A stretch of DNA of 41,326 nucleotides from Octopus bimaculoides (taxonomy: Eukaryota), in assembly GCF_001194135.2 (NCBI RefSeq), contig NC_068984.1, positions 58,684,776-58,726,101 of the forward strand, in the 5' to 3' direction. Below the pieces are notes generated by a model. That model saw only the letters and a list, made by a program, of their open reading frames with translations. It ran no database searches and had not been told where the DNA came from. The translations under genes and the position numbers were made by a program. Positions 10,248 through 22,859 of this stretch are shown one piece after another. Within the stretch, counting starts at the first letter, position 1. Every line of letters begins with the position of its first letter.

Positions 10248-11784
10248 NNNNNNNNNNNNNNNNNNNNNNNNNNNNNNNNNNNNNNNNNNNNNNNNNNNNN
10301 NNNNNNNNNNNNNNNNNNNNNNNNNNNNNNNNNNNNNNNNNNNNNNNNNNNNNNNNNNNNNNNNNNNNNNNNNNNNNNNNNNNNNNNNNNNNNNNNNNNN
10401 NNNNNNNNNNNNNNNNNNNNNNNNNNNNNNNNNNNNNNNNNNNNNNNNNNNNNNNNNNNNNNNNNNNNNNNNNNNNNNNNNNNNNNNNNNNNNNNNNNNN
10501 NNNNNNNNNNNNNNNNNNNNNNNNNNNNNNNNNNNNNNNNNNNNNNNNNNNNNNNNNNNNNNNNNNNNNNNNNNNNNNNNNNNNNNNNNNNNNNNNNNNN
10601 NNNNNNNNNNNNNNNNNNNNNNNNNNNNNNNNNNNNNNNNNNNNNNNNNNNNNNNNNNNNNNNNNNNNNNNNNNNNNNNNNNNNNNNNNNNNNNNNNNNN
10701 NNNNNNNNNNNNNNNNNNNNNNNNNNNNNNNNNNNNNNNNNNNNNNNNNNNNNNNNNNNNNNNNNNNNNNNNNNNNNNNNNNNNNNNNNNNNNNNNNNNN
10801 NNNNNNNNNNNNNNNNNNNNNNNNNNNNNNNNNNNNNNNNNNNNNNNNNNNNNNNNNNNNNNNNNNNNNNNNNNNNNNNNNNNNNNNNNNNNNNNNNNNN
10901 NNNNNNNNNNNNNNNNNNNNNNNNNNNNNNNNNNNNNNNNNNNNNNNNNNNNNNNNNNNNNNNNNNNNNNNNNNNNNNNNNNNNNNNNNNNNNNNNNNNN
11001 NNNNNNNNNNNNNNNNNNNNNNNNNNNNNNNNNNNNNNNNNNNNNNNNNNNNNNNNNNNNNNNNNNNNNNNNNNNNNNNNNNNNNNNNNNNNNNNNNNNN
11101 NNNNNNNNNNNNNNNNNNNNNNNNNNNNNNNNNNNNNNNNNNNNNNNNNNNNNNNNNNNNNNNNNNNNNNNNNNNNNNNNNNNNNNNNNNNNNNNNNNNN
11201 NNNNNNNNNNNNNTATATATATATATATATACATAAATATATATATATATATGCATATATACATACACACATGCATGTGTGTGTGTGTGTGTAAAAATTT
11301 AGAAACTCAGAGAGACCATGAAATATTTCATTTCTTACTATAGAACTCTAAGTAGATAAAGTTATAAAAAATAGCATGCAATTATTGGGCCAAAAGCCCT
11401 TTTAGATTAAAAAAGTCAAAGGTGAACTCAATATTTATTTATAGCTTTGTCTACTTTGAGTTCTACAGTTAAAAAGGCATGGGTGAGTGGTAAGACGTTA
11501 GCTTCCCTACCACATGATTCCAGGTTCAGGCTCACTGTGTGATACCTTGGACAAATATCTTGTATAGCCCTAGGCTAACCAAAGCCTTGTGAGTGGATAG
11601 GGCTCATGGAAACTGACAGAAGATTGCTGTGTAAACAATGGAAGCAGACATTAAATAATGATGATGATGATGATGATGTATATATATGTGTTTATATGTA
11701 TATATGTGCGTATATATATACATATATACACCAATTATGAAGCAGTGGTAGGGGACAAACACAGACACAAAGACGCGTACACAA

Positions 11785-11863
<79 letters not shown>

Positions 11864-12101
11864 TATATGACAGGCCCAGAAGCTATAATAGAAAACACTT
11901 GCCCAAAGTGTCGCACATTGGGACTAAACTCAGAACCACATGGTTTGGGAGCAAACTTCTTACTACACAGTATGGTAATCTTGTTCATGTTTCTCTACTA
12001 TAATTCATGCAGTATATATTCAACCATCTTATCACAAGACATGCTTTTCTGCACACTTGGAGCTATGTTATATGGATATAAAAGTTGCAGAAATACTATA
12101 A

Positions 12102-12139
<38 letters not shown>

Positions 12140-12231
12140 GCGTGTGTGTGCGCGTGTGCGTGTGTGTGTGCGTGTGTGTGTGTGTCTGTGTCTGTGTGTG
12201 TATCTACATATATGTATATGTGAACGTTTTT

Positions 12232-12746
12232 TGGTAAGAAGCTTGTTTCCCAACCACATGGTTCTGGGTTCATGGTTCTGCGTGGCACCTTGGGCAAGTA
12301 TCTTCTACAATAACCTCAGGCTGACCAAAGCTTTGTCAAGAGTTTTGGTAGATGGAAACTGAAAAGAAGCCCATTGTATATATAATATGTGTGTGTGTGT
12401 GTGCATGTGTGCTCATGTGTGTGCATGCGTGCATGTATGTTTGTGTGATATATGTGTATCTGTGTCTTTTTGTCTGTGTGTGCATGTGTGCAGGTGTGTT
12501 TGTGTGATATATGTGTATCTGTGTCTTTTTGTCTGTGTGTCTGTGTCTTTGTGTCTGTGTTTGTACCCCATCACTGCTTGATAATTGATTGGTGTGTTTA
12601 CATCCTTGTAACATAGCAGTTTGGCAAAAACAGACCAACAGAATAAAATAAGTGCTGAGGTCAATTCATTTGACTAAAAATTCTTCAATGCAGTGCTCCA
12701 GCATAGCCACAGTCTAATGACTGACACAAATAAAAGATAAAAGATA
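12232..12746 (+). mobile_element. SINE family A, diverged, with expanded central (GT)-rich tract
   Basis: TGGTAAGAAGCTTG..GGCACCTTGGGCAAG head and AATGACTGACACAAATAAAAGATAAAAG tail. Confidence 0.75.
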
Positions 12747-12789
12747 TTAATATATATATATACATGAGTGTGTGTGTGTGTGTGTGTGG

Positions 12790-13170
12790 AGCAGACTTCC
12801 ATCTTTCTTTCAAATCAGGTGTCAACTCCAAGTTATCCACTTTGCACACACCTTCTGATACCCAAAGTCTTCCATCATTTTCAGTAATGATTTGCAAACA
12901 CAATCAAGTTGTGCAGCAAGTTCATTGTCTGTGCAAATAATTTGTTCACCTGTTGGTGATACATATCTGCAATCACAATTGATGCATTCCTACTTCATGG
13001 CTTGTCTTCAATGCTGCTTTTTTTCCTTCTTTAAACTTCATCTATCTATACACATCGGTCTTGTCATCTCCACAAACAACCTGTATCCTTCTGTGGATGT
13101 CACGCCTCTTTCATTAAGAATTTAATGATGCCACATTACTTGGCACTCATTTGCCTGTCATGAAAAAGAA
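12790..13170 (-). mobile_element. mariner transposase N-terminal relic
   Basis: GIIKFLMKE..RRIQVVCGD..KFKEG..NELAAQLD..FGYQKVCAKWI..LTPDLKER matches the mariner HTH region and the GYRKVCARWVP-type motif. Frameshifted. Confidence 0.7.
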
Positions 13171-14084
13171 CAGGAAGAAGACTTACTTCAGAGGAAGAGT
13201 TACCCTACCAACGCCAACATGTGTGCAAATTGAATGACCTATGTCAATTAAAAAAAGTTATGTCCACTTTTGCATTACTTTTAGTACCCCCTTGTCTGTT
13301 GTGTGTGTGTGTATTCACGAGGTTGTATGTTTGTAATTATTATCATCCCCACTGTATGTGGTTCATACTTCCCTAATAAACAATGTGTTTCTTATAAACC
13401 TATTCTGTTTTCAAGTGGCCAAATGCTGCTTTTATTTACTTTCTCACACTGATACTAGAAACTTGTTTACATTATTGAGATGTTTCAACTTCTCTTATTG
13501 CTTTTCCTCTACACAGCTTCACTTGCCTAATAATGAGCTGGTATATGCTTATATACCAACATAGATACAGACATAAACACACACATGCACATGTACCCGC
13601 ACACGCACACGCACACACACACACACACACATGCACAAAACTAAAATTCAGATTTTGTATATTTGTTTCTGTTTCATTATTTTAAGCTAATGTTATTATT
13701 AATGTACACTCCCATAGTAGCTGGTTTGTCTAAAGAATGTTTCTAGCATTTCTGAACCATAGAACCCTGAAAATGGAGTAATATTTTTTCCATATTTTAT
13801 CAACAAGTTAGATCATATTATTGTTATTGCTGGACAACAAAACCAAAGCAAAAATAACATGCATGCAGCCGACATACACATAAACATGTAAAAAGAGACA
13901 TTAGCATGTACACAGATGTATTCATGCACACAAATTTGCATGCACATACACAACATCCCTCATAGACTGGTAAAATCTATCTTTATCNNNNNNNNNNNNN
14001 NNNNNNNNNNNNNNNNNNNNNNNNNNNNNNNNNNNNNNNNNNNNNNNNNNNNNNNNNNNNNNNNNATATATATATATATATATA

Positions 14085-14246
14085 GCCCTTCACCTCATTA
14101 ATTCCTTCTCCTTCCCTCTTGGCCCTTCACAGCTCCTTTTCACCTTGGACATAAAATCCCTGTATACTGTGATCTCCCACAACCACGGCTTCTTAGCCCT
14201 CCAATACTTCCTCGACCGTCACTCCAACTCTACACTTTTAAGCTTA
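14085..14246 (+). mobile_element. Penelope-like (Neptune-type) reverse transcriptase fragment
   Basis: ALHLINSFSFPLGPSQLLFTLDIKSLYTVISHNHGFLALQYFLDR contains the PLE RT motif FTxDxxSLYTxIxH. Confidence 0.75.
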
Positions 14247-14662
14247 GTGCTTATTCTATTGACCTCTTTTGCTGAACTGCTAAGTTGCTGGGACATAAAC
14301 ACACTAACATCGATTGCCAAGTGATTGTCAAGGGGGACAATCAAACAGACATTTACACGTATATACACAACAGGCTTCTTTCAGTTTCAGTCTACCAAAT
14401 CCACTCACAAGGTGCCATGCAGTGGGACTGAACCCAGAACCATAGGGTTGGCAAGCAAGCTTCTTACCACACAGCCATGCCTGCGCCTATGTATATATTA
14501 TGTCCCTGTAGCATTAGTGGTTTGGCAAAAAGACAGCGCAATAGAATAAGTACCAAGTTTTTAACAAAATAAGTACTGGGATTTATTCATTCAACTAAAA
14601 ATTTTTCAAGGCTGTGCCCCAGCACGGTCACACTCTAATGACTGAAGCAGTTAAAAGATAGA

Positions 14663-14665
<3 letters not shown>
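14245..14665. mobile_element. two partial family A SINE copies in opposite orientation
   Basis: 14245-14490 (-) with an internal deletion, and ~14500-14665 (+) 3' part. Confidence 0.65.
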
Positions 14666-14701
<36 letters not shown>

Positions 14702-14792
14702 CATGTATTACAAAAGTAGAAATTGCAGCACCAAAAATTAAATGAACAAATACATAAATAAATAAGATCAATATGAATAAAAAAACACAGCA

Positions 14793-14945
14793 GTGGCTGT
14801 GTGGTAAGTAGCTTGCTTACCAACCACATTGTTCCGGGTTCATTCCCACTGCATGGCACCTTGGGCAAGTGTCTTCTACTATAGCCTCGGGCCGACCAAA
14901 GCCTTGTGAGTGGATTTGGTAGACAGAAACTGAAAGAAGCCCGTC

Positions 14946-14985
<40 letters not shown>

Positions 14986-15030
14986 TTATATGTTTGTCCC
15001 TCCAACATCGCTTGGCAACCNNNNNNNNNN

Positions 15031-15076
<46 letters not shown>

Positions 15077-15283
15077 TTATATGTTTGTCCCTCCAACATC
15101 GCTTGGCAACCGATGCTGGCGTGTTTACGTCCCCATAACTGAGCGGTTCGGCAAAAGAGACCGATAGAATAAGTACTAGGCTTCCCAAGAATAAGTCCTG
15201 GGGTCGATTTACTCGACTAAAAGGCGGTGCTCCAGCATGGCCGCAGTCAAATGACTGAAACAAGTAAAAGAGTAAAAGAGAGA
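14793..15283 (+). mobile_element. SINE family A, young full-length copy
   Basis: CpG-retaining. A/B-box head, CORE-like block, central (AT)n, tail (GTAAAAGA)n. Confidence 0.88.
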
Positions 15284-15660
15284 GTATGACCGAAAAAAGC
15301 AAAAATAATTTGAGAGTTTGGGGTGGGGGTATTTGTATAACTTAAATCATGAGACATAAAAGGACAGAAAAATAGAAATTTAAAACAAAGGCTAATACAA
15401 TAATAATAAAAAAGGAATACTTTCTTAACAGATATAATTCCAGTTGGTTGATAACTTCCTACAAACTAATCTGTTCCTAGAGAAGTTCACTTTTAGTTTA
15501 GTCTTTTTCTTTTTTCCTTTGCTTGTTTTCTCTCCAAATGATAAATTATTCTTCACTCATTATACAATGATTTGTTTTAAAAAAATTACATCATTGAGAA
15601 TAGAATATAAAAAATAAATTATTACTTTCAGGCTTACTCCCATTCATATATATCTAGAAA

Positions 15661-15701
<41 letters not shown>

Positions 15702-16047
15702 NNNNNNNNNNNNNNNNNNNNNNNNNNNNNNNNNNNNNNNNNNNNNNNNNNNNNNNNNNNNNNNNNNNNNNNNNNNNNNNNNNNNNNNNNNNNNNNNNNN
15801 NNNNNNNNNNNNNNNNNNNNNNNNNNNNNNNNNNNNNNNNNNNNNNNNNNNNNNNNNNNNNNNNNNNNNNNNNNNNNNNNNNNNNNNNNNNNNNNNNNNN
15901 NNNNNNNNNNNNNNNNNNNNNNNNNNNNNNNNNNNNNNNNNNNNNNNNNNNNNNNNNNNNNNNNNNNNNNNNNNNNNNNNNNNNNNNNNNNNNNNNNNNN
16001 NNNNNNNNNNNNNNNNNNNNNNNNNNNNNNNNNNNNNNNNNNNNNNN

Positions 16048-16086
<39 letters not shown>

Positions 16087-16862
16087 CATACACATATATA
16101 TAACTATATATATAAATACATACACATACATATATATAGAAATACATACATACATATATAAATATATATATGTATGTATGTAAGTATGCATGTATGTACA
16201 TATGTATGTATGCATGTATGTATGTTTACCAATAAAAAAGAATGATATATTATTAACTGACTTATTATGGAGCATTCATGATTATCAAAGAAATCTAAAA
16301 GAGATAGAATTGTAATAATGGAGGACATTAAAACATAAATCAAAAATAAAATTGAGGCATTTGCCAAAAAAGTTAATTAAGCATAGAATTAGCAGAGAAC
16401 AATTTATATTCTTTCATTGCTGTTTGTTGAGGTAATGATTTGATCATATAGAATGAACATCTTCATGTTTTTTTCTTGATTACATCTGTACATATGGTGA
16501 GGCATAACACTAATGCATACATACACAAACACATATACACATACATGCACTCACACATGCACATATGCATATGCATGTACACACAAACCCACAGACACTT
16601 ACACATACACTTACACACATGTTCATGCTCATGCTTACATATATATAAATACATATGCATCCACATACTAAACATAAGTTTGTCATATTTACGTACACAC
16701 ACACATTTGCACACACAAGCAGGCACAGAGTGTATGTAGATTAAACATTCTTATTATTATGAAAATATTAATTTTACATTAATTGCTATTGACATACATA
16801 TACGTCCCTCTCCCACTACATACATACATACAAACATACATACATACATACATACATATATA

Positions 16863-17157
16863 GTGAAGGCACATGGCTCACAATCATGAGGTAGTGAGTT
16901 CGATTCCTAGACTCTGTTATGTGTTGTGTTCTTGAGCAAGGTACTTTATTACATGTTGCTCCAGTTCTCTCAGTTCTAGATATGCTAGTGTCAAGCTGTA
17001 TCAGCCTTTGTCTTTCCCTTGGATTACATTGGTGATGTGGGGGCTACTACTTGTCTTCCATAAACAACCTTGTCTAGACCTGTGCCTCAGAGGGGGAACT
17101 TTCCAGATGCAATCCCATAGTCATTCATGACCGAAGGGGGTCTTTACCCTTTTACCC

Positions 17158-17160
<3 letters not shown>
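16863..17160 (+). mobile_element. tRNA-derived SINE, family C
   Basis: GTGAAGGC head, GAGTTCGATTCC B-box, tail GACCGAAGGGGGTCTTTACCCTTT. Paralogue at 40338-40683 (-). Confidence 0.7.
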
Positions 17161-17252
<92 letters not shown>

Positions 17253-17400
17253 CACACACATACAAACACACACAAGTGTTTGTAAGTGGCCTTACATATA
17301 CTGTGATGCCATGAAAAATTTAAAAAAAGAACTTAATTTCATAGAGTAAATATGTGAAGTTACAGCGTTATTCTGTCTGTCTTTATGTTCTGAGTTCAAA

Positions 17401-17915
17401 TTAGTGCAGCTCCTGGTAAACAGTTTTTGTGGAAACTAGGTTTTCGAGGTGGTCATTAAGCCCTACAGTAATTTTGGGAGCTGTACTTTTGTGATCCTTT
17501 CTAACAATTCGTGTAAGAGTCCGACGGCCCCTATCTGAAAGTTTTGGTTTTCTTCCAGAGTTTTGTTACGATGAAGAGGTTTTTCCCTCTTTCTCAAAGG
17601 TTGTCATTACTTTTGAGACAGTACATCTTCATACACCAGACATTTAGACTGTTTTCATTATGCTGGTGCCTGCCATAAGAGCACCAACAATTCGACATCT
17701 TTGAAAGTTCAATAGATCTGTCATTTTAATGAATTCTAATTACCTCTTTCTGATGATACCTGAAAAGAAACAACAAATTTAGCAAAACATATTAAGCAAC
17801 ACTAATGATAAATCAAAAAACATAAAAATAAACAAGCTTTTGACGGTTTTACAGATATTTAAAAATTATGATGCTATGATGCTAGGTGTTTCCATTATTT
17901 TATCCAACCCTAGTA
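17401..17915 (-). mobile_element. Tc1-like element, 5' end and transposase N-terminus
   Basis: MTDLLNFQRCRIVGALMAG..TVSKVMTTFEKEGKTSS..SGRKPKLSDRGRRTLTRIVRKDHKSTAPKIT..VSTKTVYQELH. TIR-like TATACTAGGGTTGGATAAAATAATGGAAAC at ~17915. Confidence 0.8.
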
Positions 17916-17924
17916 TATATGTAT

Positions 17925-18090
17925 GTGTGTGTGATGGGTTTCCATACAGTTTTTGTCAATTAAATTCACTTACAAGTCATTAGGGCTTATAGTAGAAGAT
18001 TCTTGCCTATGGTGCTGCGCTGTGAGACTGAACCAAAAACCATATAGTTGCAAAGTGAGGTTCTAAATCACACAGCCATGCCTGCCTCTG
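17925..18090 (-). mobile_element. SINE family A, 5' half, diverged
   Basis: Reverse complement of the GGCATGGCTGTGTG.. head. Confidence 0.6.
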
Positions 18091-19360
18091 CAAAATATAT
18101 TTATATTTATAATTATATATATATGTGTGTGTGTGTGTGTGTTAAACTAGTGATTATATACCATTGCAGAATTTTACAGGGTAATTTAATATTTGCTGAA
18201 TGCAATTTCTATGGACATTTGTTTGTAGTTCTTTCTGCCTTTGCATTGATCAGAATCTACCCTGCTGTGTTGACTTATATTTCACTGGAAAGTGTTTATA
18301 TCATAACAACATGTAATTGTTATTGTAGTTTAACCTAATTTTTTCACTTTCAAACAGTATTAAATGTATCCATTTAAAAAATATTTTGGTAATAATTTAA
18401 GGGAAATTTAGATGCTATTTCTAGCAGGCCAAGTAGCCGCATCAAGTCTTCCGTCATAGCTTGTCAGTAAGTTTGTTGTTTAGCTTCAGAACAGCCCTGA
18501 TGAAGCAGACCTTTGACTAAAGCTACTAAGGCTATTCTGGTTGTGACCATCCGATCTTTTTATGAATATCATGCATTACATTTTCCTAAATGTCTTTTCT
18601 ATTGTTAAGACAGCAAGAAGGTTTGGTAACTATTTCTTGCAGATCAAGCAACTGCATAGAGTCTTCTTCATAAGTTCATCGAAGTTGCAATAGTTTTACA
18701 ATGTTATAAGTTAATCTAGTTTTTGTAGATTTGTGAATTACCTACAAAAAAATCAGAACACTTAACTACAAGGAAGCTTGAGGCAATGAAGAAGCCTTCA
18801 TGCCATCATTCAGCCTGCTAGAATTATCAACCAAATTTTCCTCATTTCACACATGACAGTCTCAGAAACGAAGGACATGAATGTGACCTTAGGTGTAATG
18901 TATTTAGGAAAAAGACAGAATGGTCATGACTATGAATGTCTTTGAATGCATATCAATCTGGGTATAGGACAAGGTGATAGTAAGTGCACCGTATCAAGGA
19001 AAAAGATAGGGCAGTCATGCATGAAATGCTTATTAACCTTTGAGTTTATTTCTAGGCTTTCATTGGCACCTTCTGTTATTATTTTAAACACTTTTCTTTA
19101 CATAATTACATAAATGGGTACAATATTCTTGTACATTTAAATCTGCAGATATACTAATTTCTTAGATATTTACATATTTACATTTATAGATATAGTATTC
19201 TTGCATCTGTTGGTACACTATTATGCTTATGTCTACAGATACATAATCTTATGATCACAACTGTCCAGCAAATCATAACAGGAAACTCTGAATAACAGTT
19301 TGTGAAGATCTTTTTTGGCTTTAATAAAAAGACATAATCTGATACACACACACACACACA

Positions 19361-20324
19361 GCAGTCTCAAGTATAACCAGCCAAAACTGCAAAGATAATC
19401 TGGAACTCGACTGATGAAAGAAAACTCCAGATGACCTGTCCTTGTTTTTCTTGTCCCTTTTTTGTATCATCTGTCTGGATGTTTTATTGTCCCTTTTTTG
19501 TATCATCTAACTGTCTGGATGTTTTGTGTTCTTGTCCCATTTTTTATATTCTTTTTCATATACATATAGCAGTGTACATACACTTTGGTCTCTTATATGT
19601 AAGTACATATATATATATATATCTAAATTTTGTACAACTCTCTTATTTTTTCATTCTTTCTTTATTTCTACCAGCCCCTTTACACTTACTTCTTTCTTTC
19701 CACTCTTCTTTCTTTTGTTCTCCCTCTCACATTTCCTGGCCTTCCCTTCATTCTCACCTACCCTCCTCTTTCACTTCACTCTGTCCCTTTTCTTTTTTCT
19801 CGTCCATCCCTAATTCTTCTATTCTTCTGCCTCTACCTCTCTCCTCTCCCTCCACATGACTGGTGTTCGGCCAAGCCTGACCTTTCTTTCTTGGTTCAAC
19901 TACCATTCGGGCAACATCTATATTCCTTCCCATGCCTGTCATCTCTTATGTCCCTGCCATAAGGCTTCACTTCCACAAACGCCAGCTTAATTTAATTCGT
20001 CCTTTGTCGAAAGACACCTGTTGTTAATGTCCTGTTATTTGCATTTGTATTTGTGTAACATTTCTCCGTTTTTCTTTTTTCCATCCTTGTTTTTGTATAC
20101 ATTCGTTGCTTTCTTCCATTGAATCTAGTGCTCTTAGCTTAGATTTTCCTTGGGGCTGGCCAGATTGGAGCAGTCTCGAGTATAACCAGCTGAAACTGCA
20201 AAGATAATCTGGAACTCGGCTGATGAAAGAAAACTCCGGATGACCCGTCCTTGTTTTTTCTTGTCCCTTTTTTGTATCATCTGTCTGGATGTTTTGCGTT
20301 CTTGTCACATTTTTTGTATTCTTT

Positions 20325-20330
<6 letters not shown>
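19361..20330 (+). mobile_element. direct-repeat (pseudo-LTR-like) element, probably a Penelope-like end
   Basis: ~165-200-bp direct repeats at 19361 and 20170 (GCAGTCTCRAGTATAACCAG..GGATGTTTTG..CTTGTC), 809 bp apart, ending in AT microsatellite. Tail fragment inverted near 38835-38875. Confidence 0.5.
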
Positions 20331-20355
<25 letters not shown>

Positions 20356-20513
20356 AGAGAGATAGATAGATAGAGAGGGAGGGAGAGAGAGAGAGAGAGA
20401 GATAGATAGATAGATAAATAGATAGATAGATAGATAGGTAGACAGACAGACGGACAAACACACAGAAAGACAGACACACACACACACACACACACGCACA
20501 CATACATACATGC

Positions 20514-20567
<54 letters not shown>

Positions 20568-20607
20568 ACAGACAGACAGACTGACACACACACACACATA
20601 TATAGAA

Positions 20608-20648
<41 letters not shown>

Positions 20649-20904
20649 TAGATAAATTTGGAGCTAAATAACATGCAGAGAAATATTTAATATAAAGCTG
20701 GTCATTTCTTCTTTTTAATTTTAGAAATTGAATATTACAAATGCATATATGGAATAAGTGGCCCTATCTTTCTATGTGTGTATACATGTATGTAAGTGTA
20801 TGTATGATCTTCTGTTTTTAATTATTTCACTTCTTGTAAGAAAGGAGCTGGTTTCTAACAGTGATACAAAGCTCTGACTGTAGATGACTAAAGCAATGTC
20901 ACAT

Positions 20905-21290
20905 TTTGGACAGGAGAAAAATCTTGCATTATGAATGCAATCTGTTCTGCTTACAGATTGAATTTGTAATGTGTGCTAGCTGGTTGATTTCTTTTCCTGA
21001 AAACTCCAGCTTTTCCAGAGTGCCACTTAGACATTTACTAACATAGCCAAATGCACCAATTAATATGGTATAAATGTGAAAATATAATCTTGGTATAGAA
21101 GCTGCAGGTTTAAAGCAGTTTTCTGTCATTACCTCATTCAATTTGTGATCATGTTCTTGCTATCTGATTTTTGAGGAGATATTCATATCAGCAGGGTCAC
21201 TAAACTCTATGAAAGTTGATATTTTTTGTTGTCTGTCTCAGTCTGTTATATTTGCACTAAGTAGAGGTTTTCATGGGAATGGTCCACCAA
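20905..21290 (-). mobile_element. RLE-type non-LTR retroelement (R4/Dong-like) C-terminal endonuclease relic
   Basis: KYNR..IEFSDPADMNISSKIR*QE..YTILIGAFGYVSKCLSGTLEKLEFS..CKIFL resembles the RPD..IEVxCP..K..KY..IIIGALG pattern of RLE C-termini. Confidence 0.6.
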
Positions 21291-21945
21291 TATGCTTTGT
21301 GTTGATGTCTGTGTATGTATTCAATCTATATTTATGCCACGCTAGTTTTTTTTTTCTGACATTGTATATTGTTTTAGCAACATCATCTCGCATTAGGAGG
21401 TAGTATGTTGAAGATATTTTTACACAACTGTATATGTAGGTACGTACGTATGTATGTATGTATATATGTATGTATGTATGCGTGTAAGCATGCATGTATA
21501 TATTTATGTTAGTAATGGTGATAACAGAAGAACAAGAATAACAACAATATTATCGTTATTATTATTGTTGTTGTTATTATCATTATTATAATTAGTAGTA
21601 GTAGTCGAGAGAAGAACGTGAAAACGTCTTGAATAGTTTTAATAATGTAAGGGGAATAACTCTAACTTATCAAGTTATTTCGAGTACCTCAGTGTTGCAT
21701 CTACTTGTGCGTGCAGGGATTTGTGTTTATGTTTGAACTTTGTGCGTAAGTATGCACCTACCCACTCTATATCTCCTTATTGTTACTGATGTCTCTTTTC
21801 TTATGTAAAAGAAATTGAGGATAGAATCGTCATCAAATCTTGAAAAAATTTTTTCGGAAATTTGATACGACCATTACCTTCAAGGGAGAGAATATAGTCG
21901 ATTGACTACATGCAAGAACATCAACAATCGAGCGAGCCTCTAGAT

Positions 21946-22746
21946 CAGAGGTTTTTAAAGTGGGCGGTACTGCCCCCAGGTGGTGGTGATGGGGGGGGGG
22001 ACACTGAGCTTGTCGANNNNNNNNNNCCCAGGTGGTGGTGATGGGGGGGGGGGACACTGAGCTTGTCGATGGGGACGTTAGGCCTTAGGTTCAGAGGTGT
22101 GTTGGGGGGAGTGAGGTAATACAATTTACATACTAAATTTTACCCGTAGTAGTAATTGTATTATACATGGTAAAACTAATGATTATTACAATAAAATGAG
22201 ACGGCTTCTTTCGACTAACATTGAGCCTGATATAGAAAACTTAACTAGATCTCATCTGGTACAGGGTAATCAGAATCCTGCAATGAATGAAGTAAATTTA
22301 CGACTTCTGTCCAGCGGTGTAGCCAGGTTCTAAAGTTAAGGAGAGGGAGCACAAAAAAAAGGCGCTGTGACACATACCAAATAATTTTTAATCCATTTCT
22401 CTTACGTTACGCGAAATATTTCATTAGTTATAATATTCGTAATAATATTCTACATCTAATAGATGTAACTAACGAGTTTTAAAAATTGTTGAAAAGGCGC
22501 CAATTTTGAAAAATGTGCTCGGGATAGCGGTTGCTCCGATTCTTCCTCTATTAACTACGTCACTAATTTTGTCTTTACTAATATTTTATCATTTCATTGT
22601 TAAAATCTGATAGAATCCGTGTTTTGGGTAAAATTTATGAATTATCGTCCATGTTAAGTTATTTTAGTTGTGATTCCTCACTCGCCACATATGTGGGTTC
22701 TACGCATAACAACTATTTACGAAAAAAAAAAAGTTAAGAACCATTG
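21946..22746. mobile_element. non-autonomous hAT (Charlie-type) element
   Basis: TIRs CAGAGGTTTTTAAAG / AGTTAAGAACCATTG. Perfect 8-bp TSD CTCTAGAT at 21938-21945 and 22747-22754, fitting the Charlie nTCTAGAn target. Confidence 0.8.
22312..22565. mobile_element. hAT (Tip100-like) MITE nested in the Charlie element
   Basis: Ends CAGCGGTGTAGC / ACTACGTCACTA. Degenerate 8-bp TSD CTTCTGTC / ATTTTGTC (6/8). Confidence 0.55.
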
Positions 22747-22859
22747 CTCTAGATGGTTTCTCGACTTTCTAGAAACAGTAGCCAGACCTCCCTCATGTTT
22801 AATGGCGCTGTCTTACAGAAGTAAAATATTTTAAAATGATGTTAGAAAACTACAGCTAA

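Noticed and set aside
776-16275. Long ORFs in the track (e.g. 10171-11343, 2174-3022, 15634-16275)
   Set aside because: They consist of N-runs read as X plus dinucleotide-repeat translations ([12 protein letters not shown]).
18492-18535. CTGATGAAGCAGACC..GACTAAAG hammerhead-like relic
   Set aside because: G12 is missing and the helices are decayed. At most a dead remnant.
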